Shown here one piece after another: positions 44,724 to 56,076 of a DNA stretch of 64,000 nt. Numbering within the stretch: position 1 is the stretch's first letter; each line of letters opens with the position of its first letter. Below the pieces are notes generated by a model, which did no database searches, was not told where the DNA came from, and saw only the letters and a list, made by a program, of their open reading frames with translations. Made by a program: the position numbers and the translations under genes. Where the stretch lies: the NCBI GenBank assembly GCA_036867785.1, contig CP145409.1, positions 868,001 through 932,000 on the forward strand. The letters run 5' to 3'. The stretch is from Plasmodiophora brassicae (Eukaryota).

Positions 44724-45654
44724 ATGATGAAGTCGATCCTGGCACGCATGGAGAGCTCTACGATGATGACTGGCGGCGTCGCCTTGATGGGATGCATCTT
44801 GTTAGGCCGCACCGCACCGCTATGGTCGCTGTCACTGAATGATACGGTAGCTACATCGTGACGATGAAGGCGTTCTGGCCATCAAAGAGTGACACGCGTC
44901 GTCCTATTTCCCGCGTAATCGTATTCCTGCACAACATTCTTCTCATGGTGTTCAGCATCTGGATTTTCCTGTCGACTGCGCCCGATCTGTTCAAGTACTT
45001 CATTCGTGCATCGTCGTGGAGCGACTTCGCGCTGACGGCCTACCAAGACGCCGAGTGGGATCAGTTCGCCCCGTTTGCTTCTGCGTTCTACCTGTCGAAA
45101 TTCTACGAGTTTATTGACACATGGATTATTCTCTATAAGCGCGGCCGTCCTGAAATGCTGCAGATGTTCCATCACGTCGGCGCGGTTATTACCATGTGGG
45201 CCGACGTGGTCACGAAGTGCCCGGCTACGTGGATCTTTGTCAGTACCGTCACCCGCTCCGCTCCGCACGTTCGTTCCTCACTACAGGCCCAGGTTGTGTT
45301 CAACTCATTCATCCACACGTTCATGTACGCTTACTACGCGCTGACATCGCTTCATATTCGCCCTCCATGGAAGATGATGATTACCGCAATGCAGATCATG
45401 CAGTTCATCATCGGGATCGGCGTGTCCTATGCATACTTCGCCGTCCCCGGCGCCCTGAATCCCCGCCAGGTTCTATCCAATAGCGTTGCAGCGCACCCCG
45501 TTATGACTGAATGCGACTTGCTCATCAGACCATGGCCATCTCCTTGACCCAAGGTTACGTCGGGGTCGTCCTCTACCTCTTCATTGATTTCGCGTACCGC
45601 ACGTACTACTGCAAGACAGGCAAGGCCCGTCCTCCGAAGATGCACGAAGCCTGA
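44724..45654 (+). CDS. ELO-family fatty acid elongase with a variant QxxHH box (multi-exon)
   Basis: HNILL, FYLSKFYEFIDT, LQMFHH, NSFIHTFMYAYY and ITAMQIMQF. Confidence 0.93.
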
Positions 45655-45797
45655 GGCTGATCATGACATCAGTACGTTGCAATAAACCTGGGCACCGGTC
45701 ACCGCCGGAATCGTGCCTCTGACGAGCCCTGCCTGGAAATAAGTCGACACTGTTGGCGGCATTGCGCTCGGTGCGCGACAACGGTGTTCGATTCCGT

Positions 45798-47313
45798 ATG
45801 GGACAGGGGCCATCGCACGGCGCCGCGCCGCCTTGGGTGCCAGCGCATGGGTCGCGGTATCCTCCCGACATTGAGGATAAGATCATGGCGCTTGCGGAGG
45901 TCGGCGCGAGGCACTGCTGTTCATGATTGCGGACGCTGACAGAGTGGGTTGCACAGTCGCCGGATACGTTCCTGAAGCCCGCTGAGGGTGACACTCTCCC
46001 CGAGCCGTTTGTCATCGAGAACCACTACGATGAGATCGAAGCGGCGTTGCAGTACGATGATCGACTCGCTGAACAGCTGGAGACCCTGGTGCCCAAGCAG
46101 TACGCGCCGTTATTTGATTATCGTTCATCCGATGACGTCTGATGCTGTGGGCGTTAGAATAGCAGAGTCGGATTTCTGGCGAAACTATTTCTCCAGGGTC
46201 GTTGTCCTTCGTGCCGAAGGGCAGCGCGCTCTCGACAAAGAGAAAGCAGCGGCCGAAGCACTGGCGGCCAAATCGAAGCCCCGGTCGCCGTCCCCTCGCC
46301 CCGTTGCTCCGGTCGCAGCGCCACCACCCGACCTGGAACACTCGTTGCCGGAAATCGTCGCCAAGGCGCGTGTCTCGGTGCCTGACAGTCGCGTTCGTTG
46401 GGGTGTTGCCGGCGACAACATCGCCCTGCCGCGATCCGTCCAGATCGATGTCGCTCACGAGTTCCCCAACGTCGACATAGTCTTCATTGGTGAACGACTT
46501 GGTATCGACGAACAGGTTCGATTGGGGCGTGCGGTCGCCGCCGCCGGCAAGCCATGCGTGATGAGGAGCGCACGCGCCGCCATGGCCTGTCTCGGGCTTG
46601 GCCGTCAGTTTCGCGCGGCACATGCCCCGCTTCTGGCCACTGTACTATCCGACAGTGTCCTGCCACGTTGGGCCATTGTTCGCGCCCTGGTTGAAACCGG
46701 TCATCTGGGCCACGTCGAGACGGTGTCGCACCGGCTGGTTACGGCAGGAAGCTTCGAATGGCACGGTGCCAACGCGCTGATTGCGCTCGACCGTGTGTTC
46801 GGGCCACTTCAATGCGTTTCCGGCCATGCCCGACGACTGCCAGGTTCGACTGGTCCTGAAACGGTGACGAGACTGTTGGATGTCTGGTGCTGTAGCGCGA
46901 TATATACTCACAATGGTGATCAGGCCGTTGCCGCCACGTTTACGACGAGGAATGGCGCCGTCGGCGCTCTAGTCCACCGGTTCTGCGATGACGATGATGT
47001 CGTTGATGAGCTGGTGATCGAAGGCACTCGCGGTCGGATCGTGATGCCTGTAGAAGGCGACGGTTCGGTGCATTTCTTCGCGCAGGGCAGCAAGGAACCG
47101 ATCCAGGTCGACTCCAAATTGGGCACGCCCAAGGCGAAATCATCCGAGGACCTGCTGCTCGGAATCATTGCCAGTGGGTCGTCTGACCAACTGTTTCAGC
47201 TCAGCGCCGCCCTGTCACGTTCCGCCAAACTGGTCGACGTTGTCCTCCGCTCGTTCTACGGCGACCGCCATGATCATTTCTGGACGCGTCCCGACACCTG
47301 GGGCAGGTGCTAA
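45798..47313 (+). CDS. BSD domain fused to a degenerate Gfo/Idh/MocA oxidoreductase-like domain (multi-exon)
   Basis: BSD: DDRLAEQLETLVPKQ/IAESDFWRNYFSRV. Downstream VRWGVAG..PNVDIVFI..AAAGKPCVM..GHLGHV..HG..IALDRVFGP..LVIEGTRGRI. Confidence 0.75.
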
Positions 47314-47446
47314 TAAAGCCGCGCGATACACTGTTGCACACGATTCCATCACGTACAGTACGATTGGTGGCGGGTAATGACGTCGTCGTCGCAGCGCTTT
47401 TAGACTCGTCGTTCGCTCTATAGCCGGATCGCGCAATTCCTTCAGG

Positions 47447-48408
47447 ATGGCGTCGGCCGGCGACGACGGCGCCGAGGTCAAGTTGGCGACGACACGGGAG
47501 GAGCGGTTCAGGTGTGTGCGTCCGCCAGCGGGGCACGTCCTGGTGGTGATGGCGCTGTGTGCCAATCGTACGACGTGTAGGATCGAGAAACTGGCGGACC
47601 TGTATGCGATCCTGTTGACGACCGAGCATCTGGAGACCGCGTACGTTCGCGATGCTGTCACGGCTGGCGATTACGCCCCGGCCTGTGCGAAATTAATCGC
47701 ACAGTTCAAGACCGTCAAGGTTTCTGGCCGCATTGTGGAAGGAGATACGTTCTCGTTTTAAACGTTCCATTAGGATGCCGTTGCCGAATTCGAGCCAGAC
47801 ACCGAGAAATTCATGGCGTATGTTCTGTGCCTTTGTTACCGACGGCGACTTAACCGGATGCAATGACAGGCGATACTCCATGCAGTGTCCAGCCGCCTAC
47901 AAACGATTGATTGAGGTTGGCGTCCCAGCTACGATACAGCACGGCGACAACGACAGGCCGCAAGGGTCCCATGAGCTCTACGTGCGCACCTGGCCGTGCT
48001 ATGCTATGCGGGGATCGTCGCTCTGACCCGTTCCCCAGGTCGCTGAAGCTGTCCAGCATTTCATCACGACAATGGATTCGCTGAAACTGGAGATGCACGC
48101 TGTCGACGAGGTCTACCCGCACCTGAAAGACTTGATGGACAGCCTGAACAAGATATCCATCGTCCTACCAGATCACATTGCGAAAGTCAAGGTATGTGTC
48201 GGGGGGCGCACCCCGCCTGCGGATGCGTGCCGCCTGGTCTGACGCGTGTCTGCGCCCGCCCCCCTCCCGATAGGTCATGTCCTGGCTGACAACCCTGAAC
48301 CAGATGCGGGCCAGCGATGAGCTCAGCTCGGACCAAGCCCGGCAATGCATCTTCGACCTCGAGCAATCCTACCAGGCGTTCGTCAGCCTGCTGAACAACA
48401 AATCATAA
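47447..48408 (+). CDS. VPS28: ESCRT-I subunit VPS28 (multi-exon)
   Basis: EVKL..REER..LADLYAIL...EHLETAYVRDAV...Y...C.KLIAQFK; CPAA..RL...GVPATI; FITTMDSLKL...AVDEVYP.L; WL.TLNQMRASDELS.DQ.RQ..FDLE. Confidence 0.93.
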
Positions 48409-48559
48409 ACTATGCTCTGCAGCAGCGTACCTGCCTATGTAGGTACCCATCTACAGTAGGTAGGCAAAGTTTCAACAATACATTCGCCAGGCGCCTATTT
48501 ATAATCATCATGGCGAAGACGTGGTGTCATCAGTCGACGTCGTAACTGGAGGCCGGTCG

Positions 48560-49846
48560 ATGGATGTCGGCGTCCGCGTGGAGCCCAGCGTTGTGTCGCC
48601 CGGCGATGTCGTCCGCGGGTCGGTGACGCTGACGACGGCGCCGGCGCCGGCCGCTCTGGGCCAGTCGGCGCTGGAGCGCGCCGTGTCGACGACGTCGCGG
48701 CGCGCCGCCGACCCGCCTCCGATGGCCGTCTCCGTCCGGATTGTCGGGCGCGGGTACGTCAACCGCTCCATCGATTTCGTCGTGTTCGAGTCGGCGCGGG
48801 TCGACCTGGTGACGAACGGGCGCCTGGACTGGGAGATGCGCCTGCCCGATGACGTCGACCTGCCGGCGTCGCACCATCGCGGGGTCGCCCTGCGATTCGT
48901 GTACTTCGTCGAGGTCGAGCTCGGCCATCCCGACAACGAGCAGGCGATCCGGAAGTTTCGTGTGCCGCTGTGCGTTCGCGCTTCCGTCGCCACGTTCTCG
49001 AATGCCAGGCCATCGTCGCCGTACACGACGCAGTGGTCGCGAATCGTGGAGCGTCCTGATGACAGCAACGGGTGGGATGGCGGTCGTGGGACGCTGGCCG
49101 TGCCTGAAGGCGCGTCTGAATCGGACAGCATGATGGAGCAACGGCTTGCCCAGCTGGAGGCGCGCCTAAGAGCCGAGTTCGATGGCCGGGGCATGAAACA
49201 ACCGGAAGCCGACTGGCACTGGTTGAACTCCTCATCGCATGCCATCGAGGAGGACGACGACGACACTGAGCAAGCCCGCGCCATGGTGCCACAGTCGTTC
49301 CGGATTGATTTCCTGGAGAAACCTATCGTCAAGCTGCTGCTGGTTCAGGATCGGTTCCAGCTCGGGGACGTCGTACGAGGGCAGTTCCTGTTCGAACAGG
49401 AGAACGCCATCCCCTGCCTGTTTGTCTGCATCAAGCTGGCGTGCAGGGAGTTCGACCGAAGCGAGGATGTGGTCCAACGCAGCAACGTCGTCTGGGCACA
49501 GCATCGCGAAGCATGCGATGGCGTACCATCGCTGGAGTTCGGCCTGCCCCTGCCAGTCGGTCCTGAAGCGTGCGCCAATTACCATAGCGACACGGTCTAT
49601 CTGCAATGGGTCCTCGAATTCCAGTTTGTCCTTCCAAAGGACGGCGTCGGGGACAGCCCCGCAGGCACGACTCGATGGAACCTGGACCAGCTTACCCAGG
49701 CCGTTGACGGCGACAAGTCCACTGATCAGTTCGACCTGCTCCGCTGGGAACTTCCGCTGACCGTACATCCGGAACCCGCAGAACGGCAACCGTCATCCAC
49801 AGCAATGTCCTTCTTTGTCCATCCTCACGAGCTGCCGTCAACGTAA
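48560..49846 (+). CDS. RGP1: RGP1-like RAB6 GEF partner (arrestin-like fold), intronless
   Basis: LPDDVDLPASHHRG..RFVY; FQLGDVVRG..CLFVCIKL..E; FGLPLP...NY.SD.V.LQWVLEFQFV; LRWELPLTVHP. Confidence 0.75.
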   Translation: MDVGVRVEPSVVSPGDVVRGSVTLTTAPAPAALGQSALERAVSTTSRRAADPPPMAVSVRIVGRGYVNRSIDFVVFESARVDLVTNGRLDWEMRLPDDVDLPASHHRGVALRFVYFVEVELGHPDNEQAIRKFRVPLCVRASVATFSNARPSSPYTTQWSRIVERPDDSNGWDGGRGTLAVPEGASESDSMMEQRLAQLEARLRAEFDGRGMKQPEADWHWLNSSSHAIEEDDDDTEQARAMVPQSFRIDFLEKPIVKLLLVQDRFQLGDVVRGQFLFEQENAIPCLFVCIKLACREFDRSEDVVQRSNVVWAQHREACDGVPSLEFGLPLPVGPEACANYHSDTVYLQWVLEFQFVLPKDGVGDSPAGTTRWNLDQLTQAVDGDKSTDQFDLLRWELPLTVHPEPAERQPSSTAMSFFVHPHELPST

Positions 49847-49978
49847 AACGAATACAGTACGTTCGGCACGGTTTTGGCGAGGTGCGCTGTGTGCCTGTGT
49901 CAGACGGGACGCAGGACGCGGGTGGGACATGGACGCAGATTCCACGGACTGCGCCAGAGCAGCCTGCACTGGGAGACC

Positions 49979-50970
49979 ATGTTTTCGCTGTCGAAGCCGG
50001 AGAGTGCCTTCATTGAGGCTGGCGTCGAGAAAGGCGTTCGGAACGATGGGCGTGCGCGTTTAGACTACAGGAGCCTGCATTTGGAGACGGGCGTTGTACC
50101 GACAGCGCACGGTTCCGCTCGCGTGCGACTAGACCGGACGCATGTAGTCGTTGGCGTCAAGCTGGAGGTTGCGGAGCCGGCTGCTGACGCGCCGGATCGC
50201 GGGTACATTTACTGCTCTGTCGAGTGCTCAGCGACGGCGTCCGACATGTTCATGCGGCAAGGATCCCAGGACGCTAATACGGAACTCACCGGCGCCATGC
50301 AGCGGTTCTACGAGAGCTGTCTGGATCTGGGCGCGCTCGCTATCATCCCAGGCCGTTCTGTTTGGGCCGTCTTCATTGACGTCGAGATCCTGGACACCGA
50401 TGGCAGTGCTCTTGACGCTGCGTCGGCGGGGGTTCGGGCCGCTGTGCGAACCGCTCAGGTTCCCTGCATCCACCTTGTCGGCTCGACGGACCGTGACGAA
50501 GGTCGGGACTTTGAGGTGTCGCCGGATCCGATCGACTCAACTAGATTGCCGGCGGATCTCGTACCAATCTGCGTTTCCATGACGAAGGTCGCTGCCGCCG
50601 ACGCTCTGTTTGGGTCATCATCGTCTGACGTCGCCGGTTACAGATTGGGAGGTGTTTCATTGCGGATGCAACCGTGCAGGAAGAGCTATGCATGTCGGCG
50701 CAAGTCAGTGTTGCTGTGAACGCCAATGGCGACATCTGTGGACTTGTCAAGATGGGTATGCTTGTTCAACTGTGACATGGTACCGCATGCGCTAATCGAT
50801 TGGCAGGGTCTGGCAGCTTGACACCGGCGGCGTTGAGTGATGCGATTGTGGTACGAGTACTGTGTCTGTTGAATAGATGGTTTGCCTTTGTGATGACGTA
50901 TTGGGTTTCACAGTGTGCGAAAGAGATTGGCGTTCAGCTCATCTCGCGGATAGATGCTATGATCGCATGA
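49979..50970 (+). CDS. RRP42: Exosome complex component RRP42 (EXOSC7), multi-exon
   Basis: LSKPESAFIEAGVEKGVRNDGRARLDYR..ETGVVPTAHGSARV..VGVKLE..L.IIPG..VW..FID..DGS.LDA; RNase PH fold. Confidence 0.9.
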
Positions 50971-51010
50971 AAGTGCATCGGGATACCATCGGGGATATAT
51001 ACTGCTGGAT

Positions 51011-53029
51011 TTATGTCACTGTATTGGCAATACGCTCCATGGTCGCTAGGCGAATCTCGAGGTCAGGTGTGTCGGGGAACACTTTCCGCAGTTCGCTTGC
51101 CACGTGGAGAACGTTGTCTTTGATGGGCTTCAGTATGATTCGTTCCGTGAACGCGTTATTGAGGTACAATGAGAGCTTCTCGCGCATGGCGGCGAATTCT
51201 GCAACGAAGTAGCCATCGTCCGACTTCATAATGGTATCGCGCGCATTTCGCAGCCGCTCTTGATCGTCGCGAGGGGATGGTGCCCCATCAGTTGACTGTC
51301 TGGCGAAATGTGTAAGGCGCTGCGTGGCCTGCTCGATGAATTTCTCGCATTCTGCTTTCAAGTCCCGCTCAACGTCCCGTTTCGAATCGACTTCGACCTG
51401 GTGCGTCAACGTCAGGCTTGGAAGGTGGCCTGACACCAGCATGCGAAACGAATCGGTGACGTGCGACAGATCCAGTGCACGTTCCACTGTGGCAAAGTCT
51501 GCGTCGAAAGGCGCTATCTGTTCCCGCAGAATCACAAAGTGCTTGATGAGGAACAGATGCGGGTCTGGCAGGGTCCGGCTGGCGGATCTCAACGATGTGA
51601 TACACGCCGCAACGGCGTCCTGTGCAAGCATCTCGAATACGTGCCGCTCGACAGAACGATACACCTTCGACAAGAGCAGCAGGCAGCGTTCCAGAGTCGG
51701 GAACCAGACGTTGACTTTCGCAGGATAATCAAGGTCGTCAGCGGACGGGATGAACCCGGATATCTCTGCGCGGATGAAGACCTGGGCGCGATAGATCAGC
51801 CGCTCCTGCACGTCCTCCACCGTCCTGTTCAGCGCCGGCACAATAGCCGTCAGATCCTCTCCGCGGGGAGCCACCTGCTCGTCCAGGATCTCGACACGGA
51901 TGATGTTGACGACGTCGGCGAGAGCATCCAGGTCCTCCTCGTAGATGATACGAGGGCGGATTTGCATGTAGAAGACGGAACACATGCTGGACACGAGCTG
52001 TTCCAGTTGCGTCCGGACGAACGGGTCGTGAAAGAACTCGACGAACAACCTCGACTCGACAGAGCACATCGTCAGCAAGTGCATGCACGCGCTCCTGGCG
52101 AACTCGCCCAGATCCGACGACGCTGACAGTGAGACCAGCCGGGCCGCTGTTGTCTCGTACAGGATCGAGTGGCGCGTGTTGTAGTACACCTGAACGCACT
52201 CCAGCAGGGCATCTTCATATTCGGGATGTGCCAGGCGTCGCTGCTCAAGCAGGGCAATTCGAGGCTGGACCGTGACGGCAGCAGCACGCATCTCAATCAA
52301 GCCGCTGTCAGCGGGAGCGGCCGCCGCTTCCAGTATCAGCGAACTGATATGGGCACAGAGTTTCGTCAAGGCGCGCGTTCGCAGCTGCTGGAACCGGACC
52401 AGGTGCTGTCGGGCATCGGTGCTGTCAAGGTGCTCGCTCATGAACGATATACATTGGTCGATCCGCGCCAGGATCGTCGCCCACTCCTCCGGGGAGAAGT
52501 TCACCGCCAGCGACAGCCGATGGACGATCCTGCCAGCGTCGTCGAAGTGGGACAGGACTTCGCGAAGGTAATCCGCCTGCGCCAACAGCTCGTCCTTCGA
52601 CGCCGTTAACGTCGTACACGCATCGCGTATCTCATTCGTTGTCGACTCGACAGCCACGTTGAGTGCCAGGACGGCATCCAAACGCGTCGACGCCTGGTGC
52701 ACCAGGCCGAGCAGTTCAGACAAGGTCGCGCGTAACCTGGTCACCGTTTCCAGTCGCAGGCGTGCGTCGGCAATCAGGTCGGCCAGCTCGGGGCCAGGCT
52801 CGGCCTGCAATTCCGCCCGCTCCCCCATGATCTTCCGCAGGATATCGTCGGCGGCGGGCTCCTCCGCGACATCCTCCGCCGCAACGACCTTGCGACGCGG
52901 CCGCCGATCAAGGCAGGCCTGCAGGGACCGCGCCAGGGCCGCCCCTTCGCGGCTGTCGACGTTGGCGTCCCAGGACGCCATCGCCTCCCGGACGCTCAGC
53001 GTCGCCTCCGCCGCCGCCGCCGACCCCAT
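51011..53029 (-). CDS. COG3: Conserved oligomeric Golgi complex subunit 3 (Sec34), intronless
   Basis: IDQCISFMSEH...A...LVRFQQ..TRAL; DVQERLIYRAQ.FIR.EI..F.PS.DDLDYPAK; WFPTLERCLLLLSKVYR; LFLIKHF.ILREQIAPF. Confidence 0.92.
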   Translation of the reverse strand: MGSAAAAEATLSVREAMASWDANVDSREGAALARSLQACLDRRPRRKVVAAEDVAEEPAADDILRKIMGERAELQAEPGPELADLIADARLRLETVTRLRATLSELLGLVHQASTRLDAVLALNVAVESTTNEIRDACTTLTASKDELLAQADYLREVLSHFDDAGRIVHRLSLAVNFSPEEWATILARIDQCISFMSEHLDSTDARQHLVRFQQLRTRALTKLCAHISSLILEAAAAPADSGLIEMRAAAVTVQPRIALLEQRRLAHPEYEDALLECVQVYYNTRHSILYETTAARLVSLSASSDLGEFARSACMHLLTMCSVESRLFVEFFHDPFVRTQLEQLVSSMCSVFYMQIRPRIIYEEDLDALADVVNIIRVEILDEQVAPRGEDLTAIVPALNRTVEDVQERLIYRAQVFIRAEISGFIPSADDLDYPAKVNVWFPTLERCLLLLSKVYRSVERHVFEMLAQDAVAACITSLRSASRTLPDPHLFLIKHFVILREQIAPFDADFATVERALDLSHVTDSFRMLVSGHLPSLTLTHQVEVDSKRDVERDLKAECEKFIEQATQRLTHFARQSTDGAPSPRDDQERLRNARDTIMKSDDGYFVAEFAAMREKLSLYLNNAFTERIILKPIKDNVLHVASELRKVFPDTPDLEIRLATMERIANTVT

Positions 53030-53143
53030 TTGGAAAAATGGCGTCCCCGATGACGATGACGATCGCAACACGCTCGGGACGAACGTAGTATGCACACGGA
53101 TCGTCGACATATAGAGCATACTAAGGTTTAAACGGAGGCCATG

Positions 53144-53995
53144 CTAGTAGTGTACGGGCGGCTGCTGGTGTTCAGCCGAGGAGGAGGCCGTGCCGGCGCC
53201 AGGGACGGGGTCGGACGCCCTGCTGACCTTGAAGATGTCGGGGGCCGGGTCGCATAGCAGGTCGCTGAAGTACGCGATCAGGTCTCTCTTGATCTTCTCG
53301 TCGACGATGATCCACCGGACCAGGTTGTCGCGGCTGACGATGCGCCTGGGCACCGCAATGGCAATGTCATTCGGGAGCGGCCAAAGCGCCACACAAATGC
53401 GGACGTACATCAGCTGATCGGGCTTGTCGAATATGAGGCCTGACTGCATGGCGAAGCTCTGGAAAACGGTTCCGTACAGAACCGTCATCTGAAGGCCAGG
53501 GTTCGCTATCGCAAACGTGTTCACGACGGTTTTCACCCGCGTGATCAACCCTTCATCGTACAGCGTCTGTCGGCAGGCTTCGGCGAATATCCGGAACAGG
53601 GCATTCGTTGTGGACCCGCGCAGGCACAACTGATAGGAGAAGATGTTCTCGGTCTCGTCGGGGAGGACCGCCGCGAAACACGGCGTCTGGTAGGCCGGGT
53701 GCATCACGACGCGTATCGCAGCCGGTATAGCGTGGCCGTTGAGTATCTGGCCGGCAAGCGGATGCCGGGACAGCAGGCCGGTGATCAGCGAGTAGTGGGT
53801 CGGGTTCAGCACCTCGCCGGGGACGTACGCGCCCAGGATCTCGCGAACCTCCTGCAGTCTCATTTTCCCCTGCCTCATCAGCTCATCACGCCGGCGCCGG
53901 TGCAGGTCGGCATGGTCGACCGGCGGCGGTGCACGCGTGCCGATGCGCCGGAAACTGCCCCGTTGCCTCATGACCAGGCGCAACATGGGCTGCAT
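53144..53995 (-). CDS. DCL/DUF3223-domain protein, likely organelle-targeted
   Basis: LLSRHP....I......I.V..HPAYQTPCF.....D....FSY..CL matches DUF3223; Arg-rich N-terminus. Confidence 0.7.
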   Translation of the reverse strand: MQPMLRLVMRQRGSFRRIGTRAPPPVDHADLHRRRRDELMRQGKMRLQEVREILGAYVPGEVLNPTHYSLITGLLSRHPLAGQILNGHAIPAAIRVVMHPAYQTPCFAAVLPDETENIFSYQLCLRGSTTNALFRIFAEACRQTLYDEGLITRVKTVVNTFAIANPGLQMTVLYGTVFQSFAMQSGLIFDKPDQLMYVRICVALWPLPNDIAIAVPRRIVSRDNLVRWIIVDEKIKRDLIAYFSDLLCDPAPDIFKVSRASDPVPGAGTASSSAEHQQPPVHY

Positions 53996-54124
53996 TGTCG
54001 ACCGGACGACGCAGTTGCGCATTCTGCCCCTCGAAACAGGACAGGGTCACCACCAGTCACCACTCACCAGTCACCACGGGGTAACAGCTAACGACAACCT
54101 GATCGTACAGTTTACATAATATTG

Positions 54125-54899
54125 TCATTTCGTGGCGCGCAACTGATCGACGATCCACTTCAGGCCGTCGGTGACGCCTTCGCCCGTCTTCGCGGATGCC
54201 GCGCAGATGTGCCAAGGGCGGTCGCGAAGACGCGTCAGACCAAGGGCGTTGGAAAGGTCGCCGGCGGGTGTAGCACCCGGGATGTCCTGCTTGTTCGCCA
54301 TGACGAGGACCATAACGCCGCCAAGCTCTTCTTCCTCCAGGACGCCCAGCAGCTCCGTTCTGGCCAACTCGAATCGATCGCGGTCGGTGCTGTCGACGAC
54401 GTAGATGATTGCGTCTGTGTTCTTGACGTATAGCCTCCTGGATAGCACACGTCACCAAAGGCTGTACTATGAATTATGCTACAGCAATACCAATATCTTC
54501 TGATACTTGTTTGCCCTGGATAATGCATCGCTTAGACGTTCCGGACCGGCTATCAGATTCGAGCACCGCTTACCTCCGAGATCCCACATCGCAATATGGA
54601 CGTTATCGACAACGCAATGCTGCATATTGAAACTAGAAACCACCGTCGGCTTGGTTCGTACACCCGAAAATCGTACAGAGAGTTACCCAACTGTTGGTAT
54701 TGTCGCCGTGGATATGCTGTCCGGTTTGTGGATTCGATTCAGCAGTGTCGTCTTGCCTGGTCAGCCGCCGTCCACAGGTCAGGCGCGGGTTCCGCAGCAT
54801 CCCATGACGGTTACCTGCATTGTCCAGCCCCAGGAGCAGCAGTCGACGCTCCTTGCCGCCAAACCATCTGGCCCAGAGCGTCGACAGCAGCAGGCCCAT
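54125..54899 (-). CDS. ARF-like small GTPase (ARL1-like), multi-exon
   Basis: MG N-terminus, LGLDNAG/KTT, TIPTVG/FN, WDLGG/QTSIRRYW, IYVVDS.DR.R, ANKQD and SAKTGEG. Confidence 0.9.
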
Positions 54900-55212
54900 C
54901 GATGGCGCGCCTGACGCACTTGCCAAATCCGGCGGGCGCAGTACGGTACCAGTGGGGCCTCGATCGAACTGGGTCGAATCTCCTGGCACACCTGCATGAA
55001 CTGGGGTCACCAGGCACCGGACCTGGGACCCCATACAAACGAGGGTTATGCGGCCAGGTGCTTCAAGTGAATGCCGCGTCCGATGCCTTCGTAACCATCG
55101 AGAGCAGAATGCACGTCCAACCCAGTCGTCATTTGCGGTTGGAATAATAGTATATGCTGATAGTGTGGGTTTGATGAGTTCGGCGTCCCTGACGAAGCAG
55201 GGATGTGGACGA

Positions 55213-56076
55213 CTACGATGAGCCGGATTCAACCTGGGGTATCGTCTGCAAGCTCAGCGTGCCGGTAACGCCATGATGGTCGCTGAGATCCTGAACCTCG
55301 CCGTCCACCTCACCGAGGAAGGCGGTGGTCACGTTGACGACGGCAGGTGGCGTCTTCCCATTACAGTGTTCGACAGCGAAACAGTAGTCCAAATGCCACG
55401 AGCGTTGGCCTGGGCACTTTCTGGCCGCGTTCGTGTTCGTGGCCGGGTCCCACGATCGCCAGGCCGCTCGCGACGGGTCGATAATTGGCCCGGTCGCACG
55501 AAGAATGCTCATCATGTCATTGTACTCGTCCGACTGGTACTCGACGTTCAGGTCGCCCGCAACGAGCATGACGTCGACGTTGACGCTCAACCTGTCGATG
55601 AACGAGCGCATCTGAAGCAGTTGCCGACGACGGATGCGCCTTGCCTTCTCGGTGTGTCCCGATTGCAAGTGTGCACCGATCAGGCCGAACGTCGTCCCGC
55701 TAATGTTCGTGATGACGAATGCGATCCCCTTGGCGGCCAACGCGTCCGTCCCACACGCAGCCGTGAACGCTTGCGTCGTCTGGTACAAGATGGGCTGCCT
55801 TGAACAGATGAAGACGCCGCCGTTGAGGATGGCACAGCACCGCGTCGGCCGGGAGGTGCACACATATCCGCGATCGCGCAACGCAGACGACAGGACACGG
55901 CGAGCCACGGGCGAGAACGCCTCAGAGAAGACGATCAGGTCACAATCGTCGAATGCGCTGGATCCGGGCACCGCAGCCAGCCTGGGCATGGATGGCGGTA
56001 ATCGAAGGGCGCGCTGCAACGGCCCAGGGAAGCTCTGCACATTGAGGGCAACGACCTTGGCCATTGCCATCGTCAT
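55213..56076 (-). CDS. Sphingomyelinase/phospholipase C-like EEP-superfamily phosphodiesterase, intronless
   Basis: LNV, DLIVFSEAF, NGGVFICSRQPI, DALAAKG, AHLQS, R..QL, AGDLNV, LDY and LSDH. Confidence 0.85.
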   Translation of the reverse strand: MTMAMAKVVALNVQSFPGPLQRALRLPPSMPRLAAVPGSSAFDDCDLIVFSEAFSPVARRVLSSALRDRGYVCTSRPTRCCAILNGGVFICSRQPILYQTTQAFTAACGTDALAAKGIAFVITNISGTTFGLIGAHLQSGHTEKARRIRRRQLLQMRSFIDRLSVNVDVMLVAGDLNVEYQSDEYNDMMSILRATGPIIDPSRAAWRSWDPATNTNAARKCPGQRSWHLDYCFAVEHCNGKTPPAVVNVTTAFLGEVDGEVQDLSDHHGVTGTLSLQTIPQVESGSS

